IMG/VR virus record: IMGVR_UViG_3300030101_002380
Span: 1-64,000 of that record
Direction: 5' to 3' (one strand)
Source of the DNA: a virus
DNA length: 64,000 bases
Below, in pieces: positions 29,603 to 39,771 of this stretch; the first letter of the stretch is position 1; every line of letters starts with the position of its first letter. Under the pieces are notes generated by a model that was not told the DNA's origin, searched no databases, and saw only the letters and a list, made by a program, of their open reading frames with translations. The translations under genes and the position numbers were made by a program.

Positions 29603-30886
29603 TTAAATTCTTTTAAATATATTTCTATTTCCTCTCGGTAATTTTCTTGTGGTCCTTTTTGCTGGTTCAGACTCTTGAGTTACAGATGCACTTGCTTTAC
29701 TACTTTGTGCACTCTTTAATTTTCTAACTGTTTTTTCAACAGCTTTTGTCTCACCTATTTTCATAATATTAGCTTTGTATCCTTTTGGATCTGCCAGTAA
29801 CCATAATGCTTCAGTTACTATATTATAGTTTGGTTCTACAAACTGATACTTTTCTAATAAATGACCTAACAAGTTTGTATTCTGCCCACTAATTGATGGA
29901 TATGCTGGATTAACTAAACCGTTATATAAGAATGATTGAACTTTCTTATCTACTTTAATATCACCTACCTTACCATCTTTTAGAGTATTATATACATTTT
30001 GCATATAGTTTTGAGAAGCTTGTTCCTGTTGTTTTCTCTTCATGTCTTGTTCTTGAAGCTTTCTTGCAACAACTTGTTCTTGCATCTTATCTAATTTAGG
30101 TTTAAACTTATTAGCTTGTTGTTCAAGCTTTCCTAAATCACCCCATACTTCAATCTCTTCATCAATCTCTTCCTGTGTTCCATAACCAGTAGCAGATAAA
30201 TATTCTCTTATAATATGCTTCTGATCTTTTACTTGTTTAACATCAAGATCTCTTGTTTCCTCAACAACTGATAATGCTTTAAATATTCCCTTAAGGTCAG
30301 TTCCTCCATCTGCAACATATCTTGCTGCAATTTGAAGCTCCTGTGGTAAACTGTCAAAGAACTGTTTTGGAGTTTCTCTTCTTACTGCATTTGCTTTTTC
30401 ATCTAAATTAGCTTGAATAAGCTCTTGCCAATCTTTTGCAGAATAGTCTTCCAAATCTTTTCCGTCATCAAAAGCTAAAAGTTTTTCTTCATCTATTAAC
30501 TTTTTAAAGACATCTGAAACTCCGCTGATTGGCTTTCTACCTCTCTTCTTTGTTTCAGTTTCTGCTGTTACTTCTTCTTCTTGATTATCTCCTAAGATTT
30601 CATTAATCTGATCAGGAGTAACAGTTTCTTTTTTCTCTTCTTTCTTTTCTTCAGCTACTTCAGACGTTTCTTCTGTAGCTTCTGTTTCTACTTCTTTAGT
30701 TTCCTCAGCTGTTTGTTTGTCAATAAATGACATGTCAACATCTTTTTTTCTACTAAATACATTAGGTTTTTTTGATTCTTCTTCTGGTAACGTTACTGAC
30801 TCCGCTCCTGGAGCCCCGTTAAAGATTTCATCTAGGTTTACCTCAACCTTTTCTACTTTGGTTTCTACTGTTTTTGTTTCAGCCAT
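29603..30886 (-). CDS. Putative capsid scaffolding protein
   Basis: 427 aa; acidic low-complexity N-terminus, coiled coil, basic C-terminus; between portal and capsid genes. Confidence 0.6.
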   Translation of the reverse strand: MAETKTVETKVEKVEVNLDEIFNGAPGAESVTLPEEESKKPNVFSRKKDVDMSFIDKQTAEETKEVETEATEETSEVAEEKKEEKKETVTPDQINEILGDNQEEEVTAETETKKRGRKPISGVSDVFKKLIDEEKLLAFDDGKDLEDYSAKDWQELIQANLDEKANAVRRETPKQFFDSLPQELQIAARYVADGGTDLKGIFKALSVVEETRDLDVKQVKDQKHIIREYLSATGYGTQEEIDEEIEVWGDLGKLEQQANKFKPKLDKMQEQVVARKLQEQDMKRKQQEQASQNYMQNVYNTLKDGKVGDIKVDKKVQSFLYNGLVNPAYPSISGQNTNLLGHLLEKYQFVEPNYNIVTEALWLLADPKGYKANIMKIGETKAVEKTVRKLKSAQSSKASASVTQESEPAKRTTRKLPRGNRNIFKRI

Positions 30887-30921
30887 AACTATTATTGGTT
30901 TTAATGTTAATGTTTACATAT

Positions 30922-30930
30922 ATAATATAC
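30922..30930 (-). promoter_or_regulatory. Putative late promoter motif GTATATTAT
   Basis: Exact copy about 36 nt upstream of the scaffold/capsid operon. Confidence 0.6.
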
Positions 30931-31002
30931 TAAGTTTTTTTTATTTAAACCTTAAAAATTTGATAATGTGTTAAAGTTTTTTGTAGTATATAGCTAAGTA
31001 TA

Positions 31003-33774
31003 TTATTCTTTGTCCTTATCTTTTGTTTTTGGAGATTTTTGAACATCATACTTGTTCTTATTTTCTCTAGCTATTTCAAGATTTGTTGCTGCAATATCAC
31101 GTTGAGCTTGTAATTTTTGTCTATCAATATCCATTTTTGCTTGATTCATAGAATCTCTTCTAATTGCCTCATCTCTTTTAAAGTCCATTTGCTCTCTATA
31201 CTGTTCTCTCTTTTCCATATCTTGCATTGCATCACGGAAATCACTTTGCTGATTTTGATCAATATCAGTTTGTGCTCCATAACCTGCTGCTCTAATTTCT
31301 GCAACCATGAGATCTTTTCTACGTTCAGCATCATTCTCAGACTTCTGGAACTCACGCTCAGCAGCTTTTTCTTGAGCTTGAGCTTGTAATTGCTGTTGTT
31401 GCATTTGCTGTTGTTGTTGCTGTTCTTGCTGTCTTTGAGCTTGTTGTTTCATTTCAGCACCTTTAAGGATATTAGAAACTTCAGAAATTGAATCAGCCTT
31501 AACAATACTACCAAGATCAAAGATACTTGCTCCAGATGTATTATTAGTCATAGCTAATTGTTTAAGTTGATCTAGTATAGATCTATGATTTGTTCTTGTT
31601 GTACAGAAAATATTAAAGTCTCTCATTAATAACTCTGTACCGTTTATTTGAAAGTTTACTTTTTCTGCCTCACTAGAAATATAATTTAATCTAACACTTG
31701 GTATTTTACTATGGTAGTATTGTGATAGATCTGTTCTCATTTGATGTACCCTTGGCATAAGATTATCAGAGTGCTGTATAAAATACATCTCTGTTTGAGC
31801 GTATGATTGATTCATAGCTTGTGTTACACCTGTTGCTGTTTGTTGTGCAACTGGTGCTCCTAATCTCTGTGGATTAACACCTATTGCATCAAATGCTTGT
31901 TGTTTAAAGTGATTTGCTAATTGTATTCTTGACATTAATCTGCCTGATTGTTCAAGATTTAATGTCTGGTAATGATTAAAGTTTGTAGCATTCTCTGTAT
32001 TTGTTATAGAAGTATCTAATGGTAACATACCAAAGTCCTTCATTGCTACATATGCTTTTGCCATATTGTTCTTACCCCAGTCTTCACCCATAGAGTGACG
32101 TGGTAATGCATTTTGATCAAACATAATTACTGTACCTAACTCATCTACTAGTATATCAGCAATCTGATTATTAACCATATTATACCCTACTTGATATGGT
32201 TTCATTAAATCTACTAAAGAAGTAGATCTTGTATTTCTATCTGAGAATACTCTACCTTCAATAGGTAGCTTACAACCATAAAGATTATTATCACCTTTAA
32301 ATTGAAACTGTACTCTTCCTGGTTTCTTTTTATTAATACCTAGATATATAGGATCAAAGTCTGATGACATCTCTGTTCTCCATGAGTGAGGCATATTTCT
32401 ACCAATCTTAACTCCACCCCAAACTTCATTAATCCAAATCCAATCTACATGCTCTCCTTCTATCAGATTATCTTTTGTTTTCTCTTTAAACAGTTGTGTA
32501 TTATATTCTGGTTTATGTGATTCTTTCCAGTTCTCATCAATTATTAATTGCTCAACTTCACCATCAGGCATAACTCTAGTTAAATGTCCCACCTTTCTTT
32601 GAGTCTTCCAATAAATTGTAGATACTCTTAAAAGATCAGTATTACCATATGAAGCAAGATCCTCACCTTCACCTAAGATCTGTGATACAATATCACCACC
32701 TCCACCTGGAAACTTATTCCAATTACTCATAAATTGTCTGTACCCTAATGAAGGAGAATTAGTATTCCATTTATGTGACTTTGTAGGATCATAGAATGAA
32801 CCATCATTCTGTACAGCTTGATTCATATATATAGCTGATTTAGCCGGATGAATAGACTCTAATGATTCTAATTGTTTCTTAGACATCAAGTATCCATAAT
32901 TATCTATAACATCAGAGATAGTCATCATTTCACATTTACCTGCATAGTTAGAATCAGATATATATCTTGTGTCTGGAGACTTTTGGTAAAAAGTAAGAAC
33001 AGGATTCCATAGCTCACACTCATAATCATCTTCCATCATTTTAAAATGCCAGAACTCTCTATCACATATAAGCATATCACGGAAACCTCTTTCCTCTAAT
33101 TCTTGCATTTTAAATCTTTCTTCATCAACTCTAAGCTGATGAGTAGCCCATTCCTCTACTAAACTTCTATAGTCTTTTTGAAAAAACTCTTCTATTTCAG
33201 GAAGTGATTTTAATTTTTCTGGTGCTAATTCAGCTTGTGCCTCTTCACCCATTGGATCCATTCCCGCCTCAATAAGTCTTTGTTGTACTTGTACTGCAGC
33301 ATCAGTTAATAGATTCTCCTCAATCATAGATCTTTTTTGCTCCATCATTTCATTATATGATAGATCATCTACTGCTCTAAATTGGACCTTGGAAAATCTT
33401 TTAGAAAATTCTCCTGAGAGAACGTTAATTACGTTTGGGATTATAGGATAGAATTTTAACTCTAATGCAGAGTTATCCTCTTCAGTTAATACATCCATTA
33501 ACTCAGAGTATTCATTGTTCTCTTCTACAATGTAATCAGTCTTATCTATAATACCTTTAGCTAATTTATAATTCTTAAGAAGCTTTCTTGCATTTTTTCT
33601 TAAGAACTCCATACCTTGCTCTTCTAACCAATCTAAATTCCATGCTGCCCAATCATTTGTTTTGCGTTTAGCAGATAAAAATTGAACAGGTTGTGTTAAG
33701 CTTGATGTAGCTGGATACTTAGATTCTTTGGCTTTAGCACCATTTTTTAATTGAAGAGCGTTAAATACTTTCAT
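31003..33774 (-). CDS. Portal protein
   Basis: 923 aa downstream of terminase; FYPIIPNVINVLSGE, SLVDLMKPYQ..YN, GVNPQRLG, Gln-rich coiled-coil C-terminal barrel. Confidence 0.85.
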   Translation of the reverse strand: MKVFNALQLKNGAKAKESKYPATSSLTQPVQFLSAKRKTNDWAAWNLDWLEEQGMEFLRKNARKLLKNYKLAKGIIDKTDYIVEENNEYSELMDVLTEEDNSALELKFYPIIPNVINVLSGEFSKRFSKVQFRAVDDLSYNEMMEQKRSMIEENLLTDAAVQVQQRLIEAGMDPMGEEAQAELAPEKLKSLPEIEEFFQKDYRSLVEEWATHQLRVDEERFKMQELEERGFRDMLICDREFWHFKMMEDDYECELWNPVLTFYQKSPDTRYISDSNYAGKCEMMTISDVIDNYGYLMSKKQLESLESIHPAKSAIYMNQAVQNDGSFYDPTKSHKWNTNSPSLGYRQFMSNWNKFPGGGGDIVSQILGEGEDLASYGNTDLLRVSTIYWKTQRKVGHLTRVMPDGEVEQLIIDENWKESHKPEYNTQLFKEKTKDNLIEGEHVDWIWINEVWGGVKIGRNMPHSWRTEMSSDFDPIYLGINKKKPGRVQFQFKGDNNLYGCKLPIEGRVFSDRNTRSTSLVDLMKPYQVGYNMVNNQIADILVDELGTVIMFDQNALPRHSMGEDWGKNNMAKAYVAMKDFGMLPLDTSITNTENATNFNHYQTLNLEQSGRLMSRIQLANHFKQQAFDAIGVNPQRLGAPVAQQTATGVTQAMNQSYAQTEMYFIQHSDNLMPRVHQMRTDLSQYYHSKIPSVRLNYISSEAEKVNFQINGTELLMRDFNIFCTTRTNHRSILDQLKQLAMTNNTSGASIFDLGSIVKADSISEVSNILKGAEMKQQAQRQQEQQQQQQMQQQQLQAQAQEKAAEREFQKSENDAERRKDLMVAEIRAAGYGAQTDIDQNQQSDFRDAMQDMEKREQYREQMDFKRDEAIRRDSMNQAKMDIDRQKLQAQRDIAATNLEIARENKNKYDVQKSPKTKDKDKE

Positions 33775-33780
33775 TGTTTT

Positions 33781-33846
33781 TTACTTTAGGTAATACGTAA
33801 TTGCTATATCACCATATGTTGTTGAGGTTGTCCAATATGATTTCAT
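33781..33846 (-). CDS. 21-aa micro-ORF between terminase and portal
   Basis: ATG overlaps the terminase TGA (ATGA); MKSYWTTSTTYGDIAITYYLK*, ends 6 nt before the portal ATG. Confidence 0.4.
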   Translation of the reverse strand: MKSYWTTSTTYGDIAITYYLK

Positions 33847-36035
33847 TTTATATTTTTAAAAGGTGACTTTTTAAATTTTTTGCTTCCCATACTTTTTTTA
33901 CCCCTACCTAAATTCTTAAAAGGGTTCATAGATAATTTATACAAATTTCTTGAATTATCCAAGTTATTTGCTGACTTATCCTGTTCTTTGCGTTTTAAAT
34001 AACCCCTATTTGACTGTTGTACCTTTGCAAATGCAACTAATGCAGAAAATGCTACAAGCCTATCCACGTTAAGTCCTGGGTAATATTGAGACATTTCTGT
34101 CAATAACATTTGATCTGGTATTCTATCTATTCCAAAAGTTTGAGATATTACTTCTCCGTTATCATCTAACTCTTCATCAATAACTTCTCTTATATATTCT
34201 ATTGCATAAGATATTAAATGATTTTTAAATAATGTTCCTGTATTCTTCCAACCATATTCTTGATAAACAGTTCTATTTGAACCAAGATCTTTTAAGAATA
34301 ATACCTGTTGTTTAGGTACAAGATACTTTTGTTTTCTCTTTGCAATCATGTGTTGAATAAATAGTGATATATTATTTTCCACAATTGTCCATGCTTTATA
34401 CCACTCAATAATCATTTCTAATTGTTCATGAGTTTTATTTATATCATCATATCTACCACACCATGATGCAACAATTTTATCTTTTTCAATAAATGTTTCA
34501 ACACCATCTGGTGTTTCTCTTGTTACTTCTACAGGATTTTTATAAACAAAAATACTACACAATGAATCTGATGTAGTTGTTTTTCCTTCTGACACAGGGT
34601 CAATAGATGCATAATATGTTCCAAAGTCTGGATCTTTAATTGGCCTTTCCCATACCACCACTGATCCTGTCTTATCTTCTAACTTTTTCTTTACAGGAAA
34701 AGTTGTTATAGGTAACTTTTTAGTTCTTTTTGCTATTATACCTTTCTGATCACGTTCAAGTTCTATAAACTCATAAGAGTATTCTTTATCCTCAATCTTC
34801 TTTAGTTGTTTAGCAATAATCCCTTGTGGAAATATTGATGCTTGTCTATATGCAAATGCTTCTGCAATATTTATTGGTTTCTGAGATATACGTAATTGAT
34901 ATTGCTCTGGTGCTAAATCTTTTTCCCACTGTCCTCTTTCATCACTTATAGCTTGTAATGCTTCCTTAATCATAGAATTACCGTATTTATCAATATAAGG
35001 AGGCATAGACCATTGTTCTGGTATAAACAGACCTGCAATACCAATACTACCTTTATCATCCATTAAATCCGTTTCTACAGCGTATATGTCATTTGATTGT
35101 GGATTAAGTATCATTTCTTTTAGAGGGTTACACTGATCAAGATCACCCACAGATCCTGCTGCTATAAACATACCTGTAGTTATCATACCAGAAGACATTG
35201 CTGGTCTAATGTACTCATATGTCTGATCCATCTTTGGTGCAATACCAGCCTCCTCATGAAAGAAGTAAGTACAAGGTCCACCTACACCTGTTGTTGCATT
35301 CTTTTCAAAAGATGCACCTTGTATTTTAGACATAAGTCCTTTGTTGGTTTTTCTATTATTTATTCTTACTTCTATCTTTTGCTCCCATAATAATACCTTC
35401 TCTGGTGTACATGGCCTATACCATGCTGTATGCTCATTAAGAAAAGTTTTATATTCATCTAAAAACTTCCAAGAACCCTTATCATTAATATAATCTTTTA
35501 GTGATGCACCCATTTTACAAATAGATCCTTCTTCAAACCAAAACTGATTAAGTAGTTTTGCCATATGAAAATATGATGAAGCTATCTGTCTTTTCTTTAA
35601 TATAGCTGAATGTTTGTGATGTAACTCTGCAAGTAGCTCATATAGTGCCATATGATACTGAGCATCTCTTACCTTAGCAAAACCATATTTCTTTTCTTCT
35701 TTATCAAAGATTGGTAAAAAGTTTAACCACATGTAGTAGTCTCTAGTAAGATAAAAAACATTTTGTTTGCCATGGTATAATACACCATCCCTGCATTTGT
35801 TTTTTTGATCTTCCCAATACTTTATATAATCTTTAGATCTAAAAGGTTTATCACAATAAAACCCTTGCTCATTAAAAACCTTAGCCTCATTATTAAATAA
35901 CAAAGCAGTCTCATCAAACTGATACTGCCCTGGTTCTTTAAATAATGTTACTATATACTTAGTAAAGTCTTCTTTTGATTCAAAATCAGTTATAGTCCAC
36001 TCACCTTTTTTATATGTAGGTACGCTTTTATACAT
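33843..36035 (-). CDS. Terminase large subunit
   Basis: 730 aa; LKKRQIASSY Walker A variant, FFHEEAG Walker B, ASIDP and DRLVAF nuclease motifs, IVENN. Confidence 0.9.
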   Translation of the reverse strand: MYKSVPTYKKGEWTITDFESKEDFTKYIVTLFKEPGQYQFDETALLFNNEAKVFNEQGFYCDKPFRSKDYIKYWEDQKNKCRDGVLYHGKQNVFYLTRDYYMWLNFLPIFDKEEKKYGFAKVRDAQYHMALYELLAELHHKHSAILKKRQIASSYFHMAKLLNQFWFEEGSICKMGASLKDYINDKGSWKFLDEYKTFLNEHTAWYRPCTPEKVLLWEQKIEVRINNRKTNKGLMSKIQGASFEKNATTGVGGPCTYFFHEEAGIAPKMDQTYEYIRPAMSSGMITTGMFIAAGSVGDLDQCNPLKEMILNPQSNDIYAVETDLMDDKGSIGIAGLFIPEQWSMPPYIDKYGNSMIKEALQAISDERGQWEKDLAPEQYQLRISQKPINIAEAFAYRQASIFPQGIIAKQLKKIEDKEYSYEFIELERDQKGIIAKRTKKLPITTFPVKKKLEDKTGSVVVWERPIKDPDFGTYYASIDPVSEGKTTTSDSLCSIFVYKNPVEVTRETPDGVETFIEKDKIVASWCGRYDDINKTHEQLEMIIEWYKAWTIVENNISLFIQHMIAKRKQKYLVPKQQVLFLKDLGSNRTVYQEYGWKNTGTLFKNHLISYAIEYIREVIDEELDDNGEVISQTFGIDRIPDQMLLTEMSQYYPGLNVDRLVAFSALVAFAKVQQSNRGYLKRKEQDKSANNLDNSRNLYKLSMNPFKNLGRGKKSMGSKKFKKSPFKNIK

Positions 36036-36300
36036 CTTCTATTGCCCATATATCTTGTTGTTTTAAAAGTATATGGTCTTCATCCATGTGATTTACCTTT
36101 ACAGGTTGAATGAATTGATTAAATAATACAACTTCTCCTTCAAATATACCTTTTACATCATCTCCAACAGCAATCACTGTTCCTTTATCCTGCTTTTCCT
36201 GTGAAGATTCTGGAATATATATACCTGTGCTACCATAAGTTTCTTCTGGTTTATGTTGTTTAATTAGGATTCTATCTCCTACTGGTCTTATACTACTCAT
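36028..36300 (-). CDS. groES: Co-chaperonin GroES
   Basis: IRPVGDRILIK, GIYIPES, GTVIAVG, ILLKQQDIWAI; 90 aa. Confidence 0.9.
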   Translation of the reverse strand: MSSIRPVGDRILIKQHKPEETYGSTGIYIPESSQEKQDKGTVIAVGDDVKGIFEGEVVLFNQFIQPVKVNHMDEDHILLKQQDIWAIEDV

Positions 36301-36318
36301 AATTTATTAGTTTTAGTT

Positions 36319-36837
36319 TTACATTTGATCATATGCCAAGCCTTGCCCACCACGCACTTGACTTTTTTGTTCATCTTTCATATCATTATATGCACCCTTG
36401 AATGATTGTCTTATTTGCTCAAACTTAGCTGCAGTATTTACTAATGATGTTAAATTACCATCTCTCCCATGCTCTATAGATGTGGTTTCCATATATCTTG
36501 CTAGTCTATCTAACATTGTTTTAATACCCTTATATGCTCTATATGTAGGTGTATGATAAAGATCTTCACAAAGTCTTATAGCATTTCTTATTGTTTCATC
36601 TTCTGGAGATTCTTCTAGACCTACTTCTTCTATAATTAAATCTTCTTTCTCATGCTCAGGCATATTAAAAAACGGATTCATATCAGGATCTGGACATGTC
36701 ATATAGAATACAAATAGATATACTTCCATATACGTATCAGGATACTTATCCATAATACCTTTAAGTGATTTAATAGAATAACAATGTTCTGATGGTATTA
36801 CTTTACCATTTTGTACGTCAAATAGTTTTACTAGCAT
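36319..36837 (-). CDS. Hypothetical protein, possible terminase small subunit
   Basis: 172-aa helical protein just upstream of the terminase; ends in VRGGQGLAYD. Confidence 0.4.
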   Translation of the reverse strand: MLVKLFDVQNGKVIPSEHCYSIKSLKGIMDKYPDTYMEVYLFVFYMTCPDPDMNPFFNMPEHEKEDLIIEEVGLEESPEDETIRNAIRLCEDLYHTPTYRAYKGIKTMLDRLARYMETTSIEHGRDGNLTSLVNTAAKFEQIRQSFKGAYNDMKDEQKSQVRGGQGLAYDQM

Positions 36838-37664
36838 TATAGATTATCTTTTAGCCACATTATAAGACTTGTTATCTCATCTTTTAAATACGGCAGATCA
36901 TACATTTTAATTTCTTTAATAATTGGTTCATCCTGATCATTATACTTAGTGATAGGATAACCATGCTCATTTTCACCTTCTTTTTCAAATGATACATGTT
37001 GTATTTGTAATTTACCTATTTTTAATTTAGGATTATGTTTTTTAATAATATACGCATATAAGCTTAGTTGTAAGTTATAATGTTTTAAATTACAATCATC
37101 TAAATGAGATACAGGACTATATAGCTTAGATGTTATACCTTCCCAATTTGTAAATCCTTTTTCTTTTATTTCTTTATTAGTTTTATAGTCAAGTATATTA
37201 ATCTTACCATTTACAATAGTAACAAGATCTGCTTGACCACATAAACCTAATGATTTTAAATAAACAAAATGTTCAGGATATACTCCATTATCAAGCTTTT
37301 GATCTGGTGCTATCTTAATACCTTTATCATCAGTAATTGGTCTAATTATTGGCACTTCTACACCTTCTCTTTCTATTGTACTAAACTCACATAAATTTTC
37401 TTCTCTTTGATTATGGTACCAGTTACCTAACTCAATAGCTCTTTCAGTCTCAGTATTCCATGCATCAGTAATTTCTTTAGGAGTCATACCATACCACTTA
37501 GATCTTTTATTCTTACTTGACTTAACAGCTTGAGATTTTGCATCAAACTTGGGTTTAAACATACCAATAAAACTAGTTACACTAGTCCACTTAATTTGAT
37601 CTTTCTCAAGTTGCTCATCTAAGCTTTCATATATATGACCTTTTTCTCTAAATATTACTGGCAT
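36837..37664 (-). CDS. PD-(D/E)xK exonuclease
   Basis: SVTSFI, GNWYH, GQADLV, ILDYKT, YNLQLSLY. Confidence 0.85.
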   Translation of the reverse strand: MPVIFREKGHIYESLDEQLEKDQIKWTSVTSFIGMFKPKFDAKSQAVKSSKNKRSKWYGMTPKEITDAWNTETERAIELGNWYHNQREENLCEFSTIEREGVEVPIIRPITDDKGIKIAPDQKLDNGVYPEHFVYLKSLGLCGQADLVTIVNGKINILDYKTNKEIKEKGFTNWEGITSKLYSPVSHLDDCNLKHYNLQLSLYAYIIKKHNPKLKIGKLQIQHVSFEKEGENEHGYPITKYNDQDEPIIKEIKMYDLPYLKDEITSLIMWLKDNL

Positions 37665-38070
37665 CTTTTTTATTTTTTTGATCTTCTAATATTTTTTTAT
37701 TTTGCTCTGCTGCTTTTCTTTTTACTTCAGCTCTATGCTTATCAGTCTCCTCTATGTTTAAATAAATTTGTTTCTTTAATTCATTTTCCATTTCCTCTGG
37801 CATAATAGCTTTCCATCTACCTTTTGGACAATCAGATGACATAGCTCTAATTTTAAGTGCTATACTACAACCACAATCAGCACAGCAAGGTTGTGTTCCG
37901 TTAACTGCACAATGACTTCCTTTTGTATCTAATAATGGACAAACCTTACATTCCATCCATCTCATTTTAGCTACAGCTTCAACATCATCTCTTTTAAAAA
38001 TTCTATTCTTAATACCTTCTGCAATTTGATCTAAATTACCAAGCGCACCTATTAATTTATTTATTCTCAT
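37648..38070 (-). CDS. Cys-rich zinc-binding protein
   Basis: CKVCP..C..CADCGC..CPKGRW. Confidence 0.65.
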   Translation of the reverse strand: MRINKLIGALGNLDQIAEGIKNRIFKRDDVEAVAKMRWMECKVCPLLDTKGSHCAVNGTQPCCADCGCSIALKIRAMSSDCPKGRWKAIMPEEMENELKKQIYLNIEETDKHRAEVKRKAAEQNKKILEDQKNKKDASNI

Positions 38071-38419
38071 TTTTAAAATCCTTTTTTTCTCTTATATTAT
38101 GTTCTACTTCAGCTAATAGCTTTTCCATTTTATCTAACTTCTCTTTAACCGGTACTGATTTATCATAACCATCAAAAGTCATCTTTTGTAAATTTCCTAA
38201 TATATCTTTATTTTTTTTAATATTCTTTTTTAACTTTCCAACTCTAATAGAAAACGTACCTAAATTAGGTAAGTTTACTTTAGGGTGTGTTAAATCAGAT
38301 AAATTTTTTCTTACTTTATCATAAAAAAAATAAACAAAGTCTTTTACCAAATCTCTATGTACTTCTGCTTCTTCAGCAATATCATCATAGAATTTTTTAT
38401 AGTTCTTTGGATTCAACAC
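38057..38419 (-). CDS. HU/IHF-like DNA-binding protein
   Basis: IAEEAEVHRDLVKDFV..KVNLPNLGTFSIR matches the HU/IHF signature. Confidence 0.7.
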   Translation of the reverse strand: MLNPKNYKKFYDDIAEEAEVHRDLVKDFVYFFYDKVRKNLSDLTHPKVNLPNLGTFSIRVGKLKKNIKKNKDILGNLQKMTFDGYDKSVPVKEKLDKMEKLLAEVEHNIREKKDFKNENK

Positions 38420-38768
38420 CTAAAATTTTATATTCTAAAAACAATGGACCATCAATCTGTATATTCATATCTGGATTAATAGTTATTGTTTTTTTGTTAT
38501 TACCATTCTTAATAATCAGACCTTTCTTTTCTGCTTTTGTAATAGCATTTCTACAAGACTGTGCACTCTTAAATACACCTCCTTCTGAAACCATATTACA
38601 AAACTTAGTCATTTCAATATTACCTGACATAGCTAATAAATGTAAACAATTTAGATCTGATAAACTTATCTGTATATCATTAAAAAAGCAATGGGTAAGT
38701 ATTTGAAACTTTATAGCCTCATCAATACTTACCTTTGCCTTTTTATCTACTTTGTTAACTAGAGCCAT
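38397..38768 (-). CDS. Winged helix-turn-helix protein (RepL-like)
   Basis: SAQSCRNAITKAEKKGLIIK..ITINP winged-helix pattern. Confidence 0.55.
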   Translation of the reverse strand: MALVNKVDKKAKVSIDEAIKFQILTHCFFNDIQISLSDLNCLHLLAMSGNIEMTKFCNMVSEGGVFKSAQSCRNAITKAEKKGLIIKNGNNKKTITINPDMNIQIDGPLFLEYKILGVESKEL

Positions 38769-39388
38769 GTTGTTGGAATATCTTTACTCTCAATGAGTGT
38801 ATATGTAAAGCTATTACTCCAAGTATCTCTAGCCTTTCTCATAATCTTCATAAACTTAGTCCAATCATCATTACTAGCAATCACTTGACAACCTGCAGAC
38901 CACTTATCTACTTGTGTAGACTTTTTTCCTGCATACTTAGTAGCTCTATGTATATTAATACCATATAAACCTGTATCTGTTTTTTCAGTATTTAAATTAT
39001 ATACATCATCTCTATTATTATCTCTATATACTGTCACTGGTCTACACTGACCTAAAGCTTCATATCTACCTTGATGCTTTCTAATCTTATGAGAACCTCT
39101 ATATTGCCCTTCTTTAAGAATTGCAACTCCTTTTTCTGGTATCATACAATTTTCTACCCAGTGTGTGCCAGGATCTGTTGTACAATCAAATTCATGGTAA
39201 TTCCATTCTCCACCTATTTTATAACATACTGTTATAAGATCATCAAATTTATTTGTAACTTGATTCTTAGTTAAAGAATTTCTTATACCAACTATATTGA
39301 CATTATAGTCACCATTTTCAAAAAATTTATACCCTTTGTGCTCTAACGCACGTCTTATATGATCTACACTATACACCATTGGATTCAC
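38759..39388 (-). CDS. Putative endolysin, L,D-transpeptidase-like fold
   Basis: NIVGIRN..TTDPG..YRDNNRD..GINIHRA..WSAGCQV (His and S-x-G-C catalytic motif). Confidence 0.7.
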   Translation of the reverse strand: MNPMVYSVDHIRRALEHKGYKFFENGDYNVNIVGIRNSLTKNQVTNKFDDLITVCYKIGGEWNYHEFDCTTDPGTHWVENCMIPEKGVAILKEGQYRGSHKIRKHQGRYEALGQCRPVTVYRDNNRDDVYNLNTEKTDTGLYGINIHRATKYAGKKSTQVDKWSAGCQVIASNDDWTKFMKIMRKARDTWSNSFTYTLIESKDIPTTWL

Positions 39389-39698
39389 GTTTTAAAGTTC
39401 TTTTAATCTGTCTAGCTGCTTCTCTTGCTTCATTCTCTTCATTAAAGTCTTTTTCTATTTGACTTTCTTCACCTTCAGTTGGTGGTTCTGCCATTGTCTG
39501 TGCAATGAACATTTGTGCTTGTAATCTTTCTGCACGTGTCTTCTCAATATCTCTAAGTAATTCTTCATACTTTAATTGAGTTTCTAAATGAGGGATGTTT
39601 GATTTGTAAAAATCAGTCACTTCCCTTCTCTTTGCATCCATTTCTTTTTTAGATGCTGTGTTAGGATCAATGTCCTTTACTTTTGTTTTTGTTGCCAT
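39369..39698 (-). CDS. Hypothetical coiled-coil protein
   Basis: ORF track 39369-39728; start moved to ATG 39698 (MATKT) because a TATATTTG promoter lies at 39726-39733. Confidence 0.55.
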   Translation of the reverse strand: MATKTKVKDIDPNTASKKEMDAKRREVTDFYKSNIPHLETQLKYEELLRDIEKTRAERLQAQMFIAQTMAEPPTEGEESQIEKDFNEENEAREAARQIKRTLKRESNGV

Positions 39699-39725
39699 AG
39701 CAATTTTGATTTTAATTAATAATGG

Positions 39726-39733
39726 CAAATATA
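39726..39733 (-). promoter_or_regulatory. Bacteroidota housekeeping-sigma -7 element TATATTTG
   Basis: Matches TAnnTTTG, 28 nt upstream of ATG 39698. Confidence 0.55.
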
Positions 39734-39771
39734 TATAAAAAGTTTAAATAAAAAAAGTTTAAAGCATTTTT

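Noticed and set aside
33843-36035. Intein or self-splicing intron in terminase (also checked helicases and primase)
   Set aside because: ORFs are continuous with expected sizes; no intein termini or homing-endonuclease motifs seen
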